Source of the DNA: Nanobdellota archaeon
GTDB taxonomy: Archaea > Nanobdellota > Nanobdellia > Pacearchaeales > GW2011-AR1
Assembly: GCA_038044745.1 (NCBI GenBank)
Contig: JBBSZK010000002.1
Span: forward strand, 35,790-99,789
Length of the DNA stretch: 64,000 nt
Direction: 5' to 3'
The notes under the pieces were generated by a model that did no database searches, was not told where the DNA came from, and saw nothing but the letters and a program-made list of their open reading frames with translations. Position 1 is the first letter of the stretch, and each line of letters starts with the position of its first letter. Both the position numbers and the translations under genes were made by a program. Of this stretch, positions 21,901 through 29,218 are shown piece after piece.

Positions 21901-22773
21901 TCCCGTTATAGTCCCCCCGCGTTCGCTTGAGCCGCCATCAGAACCAGAATCGTCCGTACCCTCTTCAGAATCAGTACTCTCGCTACCTGACTCATCATCG
22001 TCCACTTCCTTCTTCTCTTCTTTTTCTTCCTTCTCCTGTTTTTCTTCCTTCTTCTTTTCTTCGGCATCTGCAGGTGTATCGCTTCCTTCGACCCCTTGTT
22101 CAGAACCACTATCAGAGCCCTCTTCAACAGAGATAACTTCACCACCGTCTTCTAAATCAGAAGAAGAAACCTCCTCATCTACTCTCGTATCAGTTGCATC
22201 GCCTTCGTCAGAACCTGCATCGCCAGAACCACCATCAGAAGAATCCTCTTCCATCGTGCGTGTTGCGCGCAATTCAAACGTAACGTCGGGATACATAACG
22301 TTCGTTCCAGCAAGACCATATCCGGTACCGGTACCTTCCAAGTCAAATCCCTCCGCATAGAAATCACCCTCAATCGATGCAATCGTGCTTCCCGCCAAAA
22401 GTTCATGCAAGGAATACGTTTTTTCAACATCACCCAAGCGAGCCGTTATAGAAGTTGTAGCAGGAAGCAACTCGCCTTCATTAAAGATAAGTGTAAACAC
22501 ACCTTGCACTCGTTCCCCAGGAAGGTATGTACCGGAACTCTCGAATAAAACGCGTCCCGTAATAGAACGCTCGTAACTTACACCTAACCAGATAGAAAGC
22601 AAAACGAGAAAAGAGATCCCAAGAAAAAGAGAAACCCCGTAAGTTCTCTTACGTTCACCGACGACAGAACTACCTAGATACGTAGTAACAATTTTTCCGT
22701 TGACACGTTCAGTTTTGTAATAATACGGCCCAAATCGTTTGCCATCTTTGTAGGTATATTTCTTGTGCACCAC
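15970..22773 (-). CDS. giant surface protein (2267 aa): 45-aa N-terminal leader + TM, acidic low-complexity region, parallel beta-helix (PbH1-like) repeats, LamG/ConA-like domain, very high N-x-S/T density
   Basis: TM segment GVSLFLGISFLVLLSIWLGV. Acidic stretch EEKKKEEKQEKEEKEEKKEVDDDESGSESTD. LamG-like block LRGYWPFDRDDN...FDGTNDLVNV...FNGLIDEVMIFNVSLTDSEVSQIF. Beta-helix repeats NISILGSGYWMVNSTYNYT...NLSITSASTGISITAA...NNTAGILISAQDVWFENSYINSS. Confidence 0.75.
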   Translation of the reverse strand: MVHKKYTYKDGKRFGPYYYKTERVNGKIVTTYLGSSVVGERKRTYGVSLFLGISFLVLLSIWLGVSYERSITGRVLFESSGTYLPGERVQGVFTLIFNEGELLPATTSITARLGDVEKTYSLHELLAGSTIASIEGDFYAEGFDLEGTGTGYGLAGTNVMYPDVTFELRATRTMEEDSSDGGSGDAGSDEGDATDTRVDEEVSSSDLEDGGEVISVEEGSDSGSEQGVEGSDTPADAEEKKKEEKQEKEEKEEKKEVDDDESGSESTDSEEGTDDSGSDGGSSERGGTITGGVISDENDIIMGTASRMDSFEYGLSKGYTAQLVSGSVRGSAGEELSDSFVLVEQEGTSVRVSSSYSVNLSGFGQDYRGESRYRVRIPLDLFDLVVRNATRLSLTAVFGGVTLVDDSSELTLAASTEENETIVEVLDVFNETLVNETIVNETIANDTLMLLQTIPSLSLDENYSARLDLSTYFIGADAYELIASDMVVSFEGSFMDVRAAQPFVGVRTARIRAFTSAGDSVESNEFSVVSRTSTFSFTTRRTKVVLGQPVYWVTNVSVPDGSSFVLPLPAGAENVSVTAFDSMGDSVQADNVTLSVPLTGQITALIESRPSFASWIAGAVVAGTGQVTSDISVESVASDNATSELSNQSASLGAGEAFSYESSSEVVLDAGATAYTVEYYTAPPAAVEISQARGKTITLVASEALNYSDVVVIASLPNELRITKPSTIQLAWLTPDTFVNYSSLKLQDEVADMALVDEIDSAHLATASDVFSDEILVDESLAETNDSSTISESEDSMLNESSEGASLTGAVVAEFVDNSDAEVDNTSDSAWISVRPVSENVTVASLAQVLVPFEATDSDGDGFIDSVAWVVPHFSNQTYEIIVITKADHLDENRTFVSDVYESVKELDGNWSEPIPDGHYVRVTFERNLTRANDITLYPRVLNGTPFVKVYETSQNTTLAVFDDVTDERYYTIYLTELPENYSQDVFDLHVLNGSMMFDHIVDPTLVASSSTDQNVTQETLFTHLTVGNSAPYSDLRGYWPFDRDDNITAFDFSSHSSDGSYQRGAFARLGFLGASAFFDGTNDLVNVTFNESLFDLPLNLSWGAWINWSGGSGTSSGRVMIKGTGSDFTFALTPNASMNMRCLVKRADGTNFAATDSLVMSKNQWYNFFCTYNTTGGVTLYRDGSPVARVLVSGSKALKLNNNPLLFGSEGSSAFNGLIDEVMIFNVSLTDSEVSQIFSNASVRYFSRGEQRFTSVDFGTNTTVNVSLQNAELLLNSNFSLSVNGAAEQNFSYNGSAYVVTGYPLTGNLTSANVSLFHYAGTNSFYTPILIGNLTYEGYGINLADITFPVVSLMHPSNDSSASFPIVYFAANISDNINVSNATLYIWNATSLIGTNFSSLNVSQGIVNLSFVLPRNDTYVWNYYAGDNSSNYAMNATNWTLRTLTMPLDICVNLSQANSVYTQIGTLVPSGVTPCISVDAPNISILGSGYWMVNSTYNYTVIFSDEYNTTISGVNISLSSEGPFGWGIHLNHSNNARVFNTTLISGDIGLLVEWANVTVLDTLWFKDNDVGARVVIRSNQINVTNSVFTNTTTGVSLIGTGSYIANAFISNLSITSASTGISITAATRPIVSDVVVSQSALGVSIDSLSSGTNLSRLSLHNNTAGILISAQDVWFENSYINSSTFYGLRISTAAKVGIFRNLTFVRNNISLHFLPTTGALRDHNFTNIFVHNSTGPALVFNVNGISAALDRMNFTNLSVIGTNSSYPDLQFIASGTDLQNIRFEDSYFANYSFADTGGRYFTFESSLFGKIKFLDYINGSGINLSADVRIVNNSATVRNEVNSGLNTTANVTLTGISTNFVNPVILKDDVAGCVDCYNFTDLNAGTVIFNVSRWSNYSIGVVSNRAPAATLVHINSTSGSNKTEQDLNCYTTLSDPDANTFLNASVFWYNNSVLHLVSDYNTSYANASVFIATLDDRNTTKGHNWTCGVRVFDGFLYTGPFNATYNVTVLNTIPNITHLAPPDASRTTNRTPVLNFTVFDADDEGATWQLNVSLVATSACTDISHFYSATVTGLLGGTNVSYAVVPDLRCLYDNLDYYNWTVRVNDSDGMSGWTVPWRINISSVVSITLLNNSIDFGSLDYLQWNDTSDDAPLPFLLENDGNSFVNVTITSTHLWETQSGGSNYFQFKAANYSSELGSFIWAQSQTAYAAIPLSDGLPESPLLCFSSFNYTDTTDTAEIDINVTVPINEPPGVRRANVTLVASLSE

Positions 22774-22822
22774 TTTTTGTAAGAGAACCTCGACTCAGTT
22801 CCACATTGTAAAGAGAAAAGAC

Positions 22823-22832
22823 CTTTATAAGC
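22823..22832 (-). promoter_or_regulatory. TATA-box-like element (TTATAAAGG on minus strand) ~50 nt upstream of the giant-gene ATG
   Basis: Shares the 15-mer aaaagacctttataa with the gyrB upstream region. Confidence 0.3.
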
Positions 22833-22947
22833 ATTTCGCACAGGTGACCGACGATAAAAAAAGAGTTCTCTTACAGATATCGGGCTCCCCGAATCCAATA
22901 CTTTTCTTCTCCAACTTCCAATTCAGTTAAACTATTGATGCCAATAG

Positions 22948-24294
22948 TCAAAGAGAGGCAATAGAATAGGCGCCTTCGCCCGGAACTTCAATGACTACAT
23001 TCTCCTGATCAAGCGCAGTACGATTAAAACAACCTGAACAAAAAACTCCGTTGCGCGTAATAAAAAGAGGAGATGTACCCAAAGAGAGATTATAGAAGGT
23101 TACAAGAGAAGGTGTATCGAAAAATGAATTTCGCGAGGCGTTGATAGAAACAAAGTTATGAAGAATAACAATTTCTTCCGACAAATTCAAACCGGTTCCT
23201 TTAACACCGTTATAGAAATAGACGGAGCCCAGGTTAGTGCGACTTAGGGTAAAGGTACTTAACTTGTCGAGAGTATACGGACCGATAGGGGTATCAACAA
23301 AAACATGGTTGTTGCTGCTTGCTAAAACCAAGGCCAAATCATTGAAATTGGTGGGCGTATCAACAAAACGAGTGCGAACCAACGTCAGATTAGAATTTCC
23401 AGAATCCGCAGAAAGGATTTGATTCGTAATCGGGGCAACAAAAGCCGAATCGATAAAGAGTGTATTTTTTACTCCAAACAATCTAACGGATGCTCCATTA
23501 TGAAAAGAAGTAAAGTTAACAAAAGAGTTATGTGTTCCTGAAGAAGGAAAGGTAATTCCCTTATCACCATTATTACGAGTAGTTACATCAACGAAGAAAT
23601 TATATGAGGGGGCAGGCTTACCAAATCCGTAGCCTTCATTTCCAATGAAAAACCCATCGTCTATATTGGAATCTGCAACAAGCCGCTCAAATCGATTGAA
23701 GGAGCTATTCCCTTGTATAACAACACCTTTCATACGATTATGTATCATCAGCCCTCCAGAAAACCGCGAAGAAAGAACTTCGGTTAAACGCAATCCAATT
23801 TGACACTCCTCCACCCTCGGATTGAGAATAACGGCCGAGTGAACCGCGTGTAGGTGGATACCTTCTTTACCACAGTCAAAAACCCGAACGTTAGACACCC
23901 GAGGTCGAGCAGCGTTAGAAATAACAATGCCTCTGCTTAACGAAGTCCCCTCGAAAGAAACCGTACAATTTCTCAAAGTAGTATCATTTTGGTTAGAGTA
24001 AATGCCGATACCTTCTGTCGAACCTAAAATAGTTCGATCCCGACAATCAAGCGTGACACGAGGGGCCGTAATGTTAATACAAACCGTGCCCGAATTGAAT
24101 AAAATATCCCGTTTCAAAGCATAATAAGCCCCCGATATATTTAATTCAGAACAGGACTCAAGATGGGAAAGCCTTAATGCAGGCATGTTTTGAGGCAACG
24201 TTTCAGGAGACGCGGAGGCAAAAAGAAAAAAGCCCAAAATCAAAAACGAAACAACAAGCAAAATTAGACCGTTACGCATACAATCAGGACTCAA
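22948..24294 (-). CDS. secreted right-handed beta-helix protein (pectate-lyase-like fold, PbH1 repeats), Cys-rich N-terminal region
   Basis: Signal peptide with ASA cleavage-site-like motif. Repeats such as GIVISNAARPRVSNVRVFDCGKEGIHLHAVHSAVILNPRVEECQIGLRL are typical of parallel beta-helix proteins. Confidence 0.6.
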   Translation of the reverse strand: MSPDCMRNGLILLVVSFLILGFFLFASASPETLPQNMPALRLSHLESCSELNISGAYYALKRDILFNSGTVCINITAPRVTLDCRDRTILGSTEGIGIYSNQNDTTLRNCTVSFEGTSLSRGIVISNAARPRVSNVRVFDCGKEGIHLHAVHSAVILNPRVEECQIGLRLTEVLSSRFSGGLMIHNRMKGVVIQGNSSFNRFERLVADSNIDDGFFIGNEGYGFGKPAPSYNFFVDVTTRNNGDKGITFPSSGTHNSFVNFTSFHNGASVRLFGVKNTLFIDSAFVAPITNQILSADSGNSNLTLVRTRFVDTPTNFNDLALVLASSNNHVFVDTPIGPYTLDKLSTFTLSRTNLGSVYFYNGVKGTGLNLSEEIVILHNFVSINASRNSFFDTPSLVTFYNLSLGTSPLFITRNGVFCSGCFNRTALDQENVVIEVPGEGAYSIASL

Positions 24295-24339
24295 ACGACG
24301 TTTTAAAGATTTCGATGATTAAATGAAAAGAAAAATGCA

Positions 24340-24735
24340 TTAATACCCAAAAAAGCTTTTCTTATCACCCTTGAGCGAGCGATACTTATCGTGAAGGAAT
24401 TTTATATTGTCTTCGCATACGAAATCGTGCTGTCGAAAACCTCCCCCGAACGTCTTAGGAATATGCAAAAGCTCATGAATAATCACTTTGTCTTGCTCCT
24501 CGCGGGACATTCGTTCAAACCGCTCAAGAAATTCAATCGCGTAGTGGGCTTTCACGCCAATCGTTTGTTGCATGAGCTTGCCAATTGTATGACATCGTGC
24601 AATCGTTCGCTTTGTACTCGAGCCCTTACTCCGAAAGCATTTAACGCGTGTCAAATCAACATGCTCAAGCGCAAGCGTGCGTACAATATCTTCCATTCGT
24701 GTTTGTAAATCAGATGCAAATTCGTATTTCACCAA
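24340..24735 (-). CDS. putative Zn-dependent metallopeptidase (HExxH)
   Basis: IIHELLHIPKTFGGGFRQHDF carries an HExxH motif with a downstream His. Small, 131 aa. Confidence 0.5.
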   Translation of the reverse strand: MVKYEFASDLQTRMEDIVRTLALEHVDLTRVKCFRSKGSSTKRTIARCHTIGKLMQQTIGVKAHYAIEFLERFERMSREEQDKVIIHELLHIPKTFGGGFRQHDFVCEDNIKFLHDKYRSLKGDKKSFFGY

Positions 24736-24793
24736 ATATCACCTCGTCAAGCAATACATTAATTGACTGTTTTTAATCTTTGTTATAAAACAA

Positions 24794-26662
24794 TTAACAA
24801 ACCGTAGCAGTATCCTGAGAAAGTTTGACAAGGCAAGAAACGTTGTAACCTGCATCAAGAAGATACTTAAGATTAACGATGACGTGTTTGTTCTGCTGAA
24901 GCAGTGAAACCGACGTATTCCATCGCCACGCATTAAAGCACGCGTCATCACCCGTTGCACAAGTTCCCTCAGGAGGGCTACGAACGAGGTGCATCGTCGT
25001 TCCACCTGCGGCATTTAGTTCCGATTCTTTAAAGAACCGATCTTGAGGATCACTTTCAGTAAATTGCCAACGAATCTCATCTGAAATCACACTATAGCCT
25101 AACGACCAGTTTTGTCTGCGCGGAGGAACTGCCTCAAGATAGGGCTCAACGCCCAAATCACGCATGATCGCAAAATTAACAGAAATTGCCGTTGAATTCT
25201 CAGCCATGTGACCTCCCGACCAATCATACCCCACGGCGATAAACGAACCATCCATCAACTCACCTTGGTAATAATCAAAGTTTTCAGGATAGCATTGCTC
25301 GGGCACAGGAACGTAAAGCTTATCGGTAGCTTTCTCCTCACATCGAGGCATACCTAAATAGCCGAGCAACTGAATCCCATGAGCCTGTGAATACGATGTA
25401 AGCGGAGTATAATCCGTCGTAGAAGGCGAAATATTGCTTTCGGCGATAGTCAATGCCTCGAATAAGAAACTCGAATACGAATAATCGCCAATGCCATCCC
25501 CTGGGAGCCAGACGCGATACTGAGACCAACCACCCCCAATCTGAAAAAAGACCACGTCAAACGCATCATTTCCTACAACCGTGCGGACGGGGTCAATCCA
25601 ATTGGTAATAACCGAATTCCATCCCTGCTGATGATTCCACACAGCATTACTAATTGTTCCTTGTGACACATTCGAGCTTGAACCCCCTACAAGTTGGAAC
25701 AAAGAAAGACGTTTTGGTTTTCTAAAAGTCCAATCTCCCTTTTCATCAACATCCGTCGAAGAATCACATCCATAATCGCCCCCAAAGTCAACAAGCCCAT
25801 CCCCATCATTGTCAACGTCATCGTTGCAGGCTAAATTGCCATAGGTGTTTTCATCGTTATCATTCGCGTCCGTGCATCCCGAATCACCAGGGGTGCTGCC
25901 ATCCATACATATCGAATCAACAAGATCACAGAATCCATCATCATCATTATCAATTCCATCCGAACACGCCGTCATAACCGGAGGACTCTCTCCATTCATG
26001 TACGGATTGTCACAATCAGCAACATCATACCCGTCAATTAATCCATCAAAATCATCATCCTTCTGATTAGAACAGGTCGTACTTCCTTCGAGGTCTTCAG
26101 TTGGATTATCGGGATTTGTTCCACACGCAGGATCTCCGAGCCGCGAACCATCGGTACACGCACCTCCTTCAGCATCACACCATCCATCATCATCATTATC
26201 AATTCCATCCCCACATACTGGTGCGCTATTCCACCCTTCAACAAGAGTACATACGCGTGGGCTTCCTGTAAGCCCGCACGTTTCTCCGTCGACGAGAGCA
26301 GCCACATCAACCTTCGAGGGCGTAGAAATATCCCCAAAAATATAAGTCAACGCTTCAAGCGTATCGGGCAACGGAGTATTCTTATCAAGAAGTGCACTCC
26401 CCGTATTCGTTTCAAACGCAAATCGTAACCCAGTAATCTCCCCCTCCCCCACACCACGACTTACACGCACGCGCGCCATTGTCGCATTATACTCGCACGA
26501 CTCAAGCGTAAACACAAGACCCAAGCACGTTTGCGTCTGACCGCCATCATCAACGGAAGAGACGGTTGAACGCAGAGTCGTCCAAACCACCGTCACTGCT
26601 CCCAAGGAGAGCACAATAATGAACAGGGTGATAATTATCGGCGACATCCCTCTTTTTAACAT
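24794..26662 (-). CDS. archaeal type IV pilin-like protein (class III signal peptide, Pilin_N/DUF1628-like) with large extracellular domain containing Asp-rich Ca-binding (TSP3-like) repeats
   Basis: N-terminus MLKRGMSPIIITLFIIVLSLGAVTVVW matches the archaeal pilin consensus (K/R)G-(V/M)SPVI + hydrophobic stretch. Repeats CGDGIDNDDDGWCD, CSDGIDNDDDGFCD, CNDDVDNDGDGLVD. Confidence 0.7.
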   Translation of the reverse strand: MLKRGMSPIIITLFIIVLSLGAVTVVWTTLRSTVSSVDDGGQTQTCLGLVFTLESCEYNATMARVRVSRGVGEGEITGLRFAFETNTGSALLDKNTPLPDTLEALTYIFGDISTPSKVDVAALVDGETCGLTGSPRVCTLVEGWNSAPVCGDGIDNDDDGWCDAEGGACTDGSRLGDPACGTNPDNPTEDLEGSTTCSNQKDDDFDGLIDGYDVADCDNPYMNGESPPVMTACSDGIDNDDDGFCDLVDSICMDGSTPGDSGCTDANDNDENTYGNLACNDDVDNDGDGLVDFGGDYGCDSSTDVDEKGDWTFRKPKRLSLFQLVGGSSSNVSQGTISNAVWNHQQGWNSVITNWIDPVRTVVGNDAFDVVFFQIGGGWSQYRVWLPGDGIGDYSYSSFLFEALTIAESNISPSTTDYTPLTSYSQAHGIQLLGYLGMPRCEEKATDKLYVPVPEQCYPENFDYYQGELMDGSFIAVGYDWSGGHMAENSTAISVNFAIMRDLGVEPYLEAVPPRRQNWSLGYSVISDEIRWQFTESDPQDRFFKESELNAAGGTTMHLVRSPPEGTCATGDDACFNAWRWNTSVSLLQQNKHVIVNLKYLLDAGYNVSCLVKLSQDTATVC

Positions 26663-26703
26663 CGCGCAACAAAAGAAAAGGAGTATAAAAATCCTTAGAA
26701 AAA

Positions 26704-27879
26704 TTATTTAGTTAATATTTCAAGACCATCGCCGTTCTTCAAAACATGATCCTTGCCGACGGCTTTTTTTGTCTTCAAATCGAGTGCTTTGACAAACCCG
26801 TTTCCAATATCGGTATGTAATCTATACGCAAAATCAAGAGCCGTGCTTCCAGGAGGCATGAGAAAACAATCGGGCAAGACATTACCTTTGCTGTCTTCCA
26901 ATTTAAGGCTCGCCGGATAAATCGCCACATAGCCAAGTACATCAAACACCGTCAGGTTCAAAATTTGTTGCACACCCGTACCGCCAAACTCAGACATTAC
27001 TTTCTGAATCGAATCGAGCGCGAGTTGTTGCTTATCAGATACCGCACCTTTCAAAGAAAATGAGTTTTCTCCAGGAATATACTCGACCAACCCTGCTTTG
27101 TCAGCTTGCCGCAACGAGAGTTCCCCATCAGAAAAGCACGGCACAATTGGATATGAGAATCGCGCCCTAATACGTGCAACGTTTTCCATTCCTCGAGGAC
27201 GATCCACTTTATTGGCCGCGATAACCATCGGTTTTGTAACCTTGCGAAGTGCGCCCGCAAACAAAAATAGTTGGTCTTCGGTCCAGTGAGAAGGCTTTTC
27301 AAACGGCAATTTAGTTTCACGCAATACCCGTTCAACTTGATCAACAGTTACCTTAAGGCCCGAAAATTGTTTCGCCACCGACTTAGCAAGTTCTGTATGT
27401 TCCATTTCAGTCTTTCGTGCAAACACCGCCCATGCTTTCTTCAAAATGCCCAAGTACCACAAATCAAGCTCGCGTTCAATAATCGCAATATCGTGTATCG
27501 GGTCATAGTTTGTTGCGGGCTTGCCTTCCGCATCGGTCTCCCCCGACATGTCGACTACATGAATAAACGCGTCCGCTGCAGCCAAATCGTCCAAAAACTG
27601 ATTGCCAAGACCCTTGCCCTCAGAAGCACCCGCCACAAGACCCGCAACATCCATCAGTTCAAATGGCACAAAACGAAACGTACCCTTAACGTGCCCTTCA
27701 CGAGGTTTTGACACGCGTCCAAAATCAGCCGCAAGGTCACGTATTTTTACGTATGCCATCGCATGATTCGGTTTAATCGTAGCAAACGGATAATTCGCAA
27801 TAAGCACATCCATAAGCGTCGCTGCCTTGAAAAACGTGCTCTTACCCACATTAGGCTTTCCCACCAAGCCAACTAGCAT
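26704..27879 (-). CDS. Obg-family GTPase with C-terminal TGS domain (DRG-like)
   Basis: G1 GKPNVGKST, G3 DVAGLV, G4 NKVD. The C-terminal segment resembles a TGS domain. 391 aa. Confidence 0.75.
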   Translation of the reverse strand: MLVGLVGKPNVGKSTFFKAATLMDVLIANYPFATIKPNHAMAYVKIRDLAADFGRVSKPREGHVKGTFRFVPFELMDVAGLVAGASEGKGLGNQFLDDLAAADAFIHVVDMSGETDAEGKPATNYDPIHDIAIIERELDLWYLGILKKAWAVFARKTEMEHTELAKSVAKQFSGLKVTVDQVERVLRETKLPFEKPSHWTEDQLFLFAGALRKVTKPMVIAANKVDRPRGMENVARIRARFSYPIVPCFSDGELSLRQADKAGLVEYIPGENSFSLKGAVSDKQQLALDSIQKVMSEFGGTGVQQILNLTVFDVLGYVAIYPASLKLEDSKGNVLPDCFLMPPGSTALDFAYRLHTDIGNGFVKALDLKTKKAVGKDHVLKNGDGLEILTK

Positions 27880-27989
27880 AAACGATGAAGAAGCAAACGG
27901 TTTTTATACCTAAGCCCGCGCGAAAAAAGAGGAGATACGAATTAAGTGCACGAGCACAGTTTTAAATATGCTTCAACGCTGATTTTCCC

Positions 27990-28113
27990 GAGCCTATAGC
28001 TCAGCCCGGTTTAGAGCACCGCTCTTATAAGATACGCGCTCGTGAGGGCGCCATTTTCATCGAAAAAATTCGAAGAAAGGCGGGGGTCCCCGGTTCAAAT
28101 CCGGGTAGGCTCA
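27990..28113 (+). tRNA. tRNA-Ile (anticodon UAU) with ~48-nt intron (28030..28077) at the canonical 37/38 position
   Basis: Hand fold: acceptor GAGCCUA/UAGGCUC, D stem GCUC/GAGC, anticodon stem CCGCU/GGCGG, loop CUUAUAA, variable loop GGGUC, T arm CCCGG-UUCAAAU-CCGGG, discriminator A. No encoded CCA. Confidence 0.65.
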
Positions 28114-28160
28114 TGCCGAAGGTATGAAATACACGGTGCTAAGAACCGCAGTTCTTTCAA

Positions 28161-28174
28161 CCGGGTAGGCTCAT
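28161..28174 (+). repeat. 14-nt direct duplicate of the tRNA-Ile 3' end (ccgggtaggctcat), 60 nt downstream of the gene
   Basis: Exact match to 28101..28114. This is the classical footprint of integrase-mediated insertion or excision at a tRNA. Confidence 0.45.
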
Positions 28175-28241
28175 CTCGTTCTTTCGCTGCGAGTCTCCGA
28201 AGCAAAGCGAGGAGGGTCGAGCAAGAAAAGAATCGAGAGAA

Positions 28242-29174
28242 TCACTTAATACAAAATATCAACGAACACTCATTCGCCTTATCTTTAAAAAAACGCACAT
28301 GTGAAAAATACATTTTACAAAACTTTTCCAATTCTTGAGCATAATATTTGTATTGAATAGCAACCACTATTTCATCACCTGCCTTAAATCTGATGCGTTT
28401 GCCCTCGCACACGAACACTTTATCGTGTTTGATATGGTAAAAGAACTCAAGACGACCGTTAGCAAATCGCGCATCATAACGCACCTCGGACGAGGAAAAA
28501 CCAAGGCCGGCCATGAGCGAAAAAAACCATTCGTTGAATATAGGCTGTCGATATTTTTCAATACCTGCAAACCGCTTTCCCGTACGAATTCCATTCCCAA
28601 CAATCAGCAGGCCCCCATGAGCCATGGCACGACTCATAGAAAAAAGAAATTGATTAATCTCAAAACTAGCCAATGTACTACCAAGAAGAAGGTATGCGGC
28701 GCGAGCATCAGACCGAGCCCTTATTCGCCTGACCAGTTTATCGGGAGATGAAAAGTCCTCGGTGTAAGAAGGCCCTACGGAAAACGTTCGCGACGTTCGC
28801 GTCCGTAACCGTGTTTTAGCAAGATGAATCAAAGGAAGGCTGACATCAACCGGAAAATATTTTGCCTTAATTGTGGAAGGAAGCGACGTTACAAAAACCT
28901 CTGCTTTTTTTCCATCCCCGCACCCAAAATCGACAACATCAAGTTTTCCTCGAGCACCATCAAAAAAACGAGGCACATGAAAACGAATCAAATCAAGTTC
29001 TCTATCGACTACATTAAGTTTATACCTCGGCCAACACTCCAAGTTAAGAAATCCTTGAGCAAGCTGGGGAGTTATGTAAAGCAGTTTATGATTAGCAATA
29101 TTCCACACACGTTTGCCACGCTCTACAGAGTACCCGTTCTTAACTAACTCTTTCAAAACGAGTTGTTCGAACAT
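28242..29174 (-). CDS. SAM-dependent methyltransferase, EgtD-like (Methyltransf_33-type histidine-specific methyltransferase family)
   Basis: Motif I VVDFGCGDGKKAEV. LLGSTLASFEINQ resembles the EgtD LGSTIGNF block. LLIVGNG is also present. Confidence 0.6.
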   Translation of the reverse strand: MFEQLVLKELVKNGYSVERGKRVWNIANHKLLYITPQLAQGFLNLECWPRYKLNVVDRELDLIRFHVPRFFDGARGKLDVVDFGCGDGKKAEVFVTSLPSTIKAKYFPVDVSLPLIHLAKTRLRTRTSRTFSVGPSYTEDFSSPDKLVRRIRARSDARAAYLLLGSTLASFEINQFLFSMSRAMAHGGLLIVGNGIRTGKRFAGIEKYRQPIFNEWFFSLMAGLGFSSSEVRYDARFANGRLEFFYHIKHDKVFVCEGKRIRFKAGDEIVVAIQYKYYAQELEKFCKMYFSHVRFFKDKANECSLIFCIK

Positions 29175-29218
29175 AGAAAAATCAGCAAAAACATCTATTT
29201 ATACGTTTGGAAAGATCG

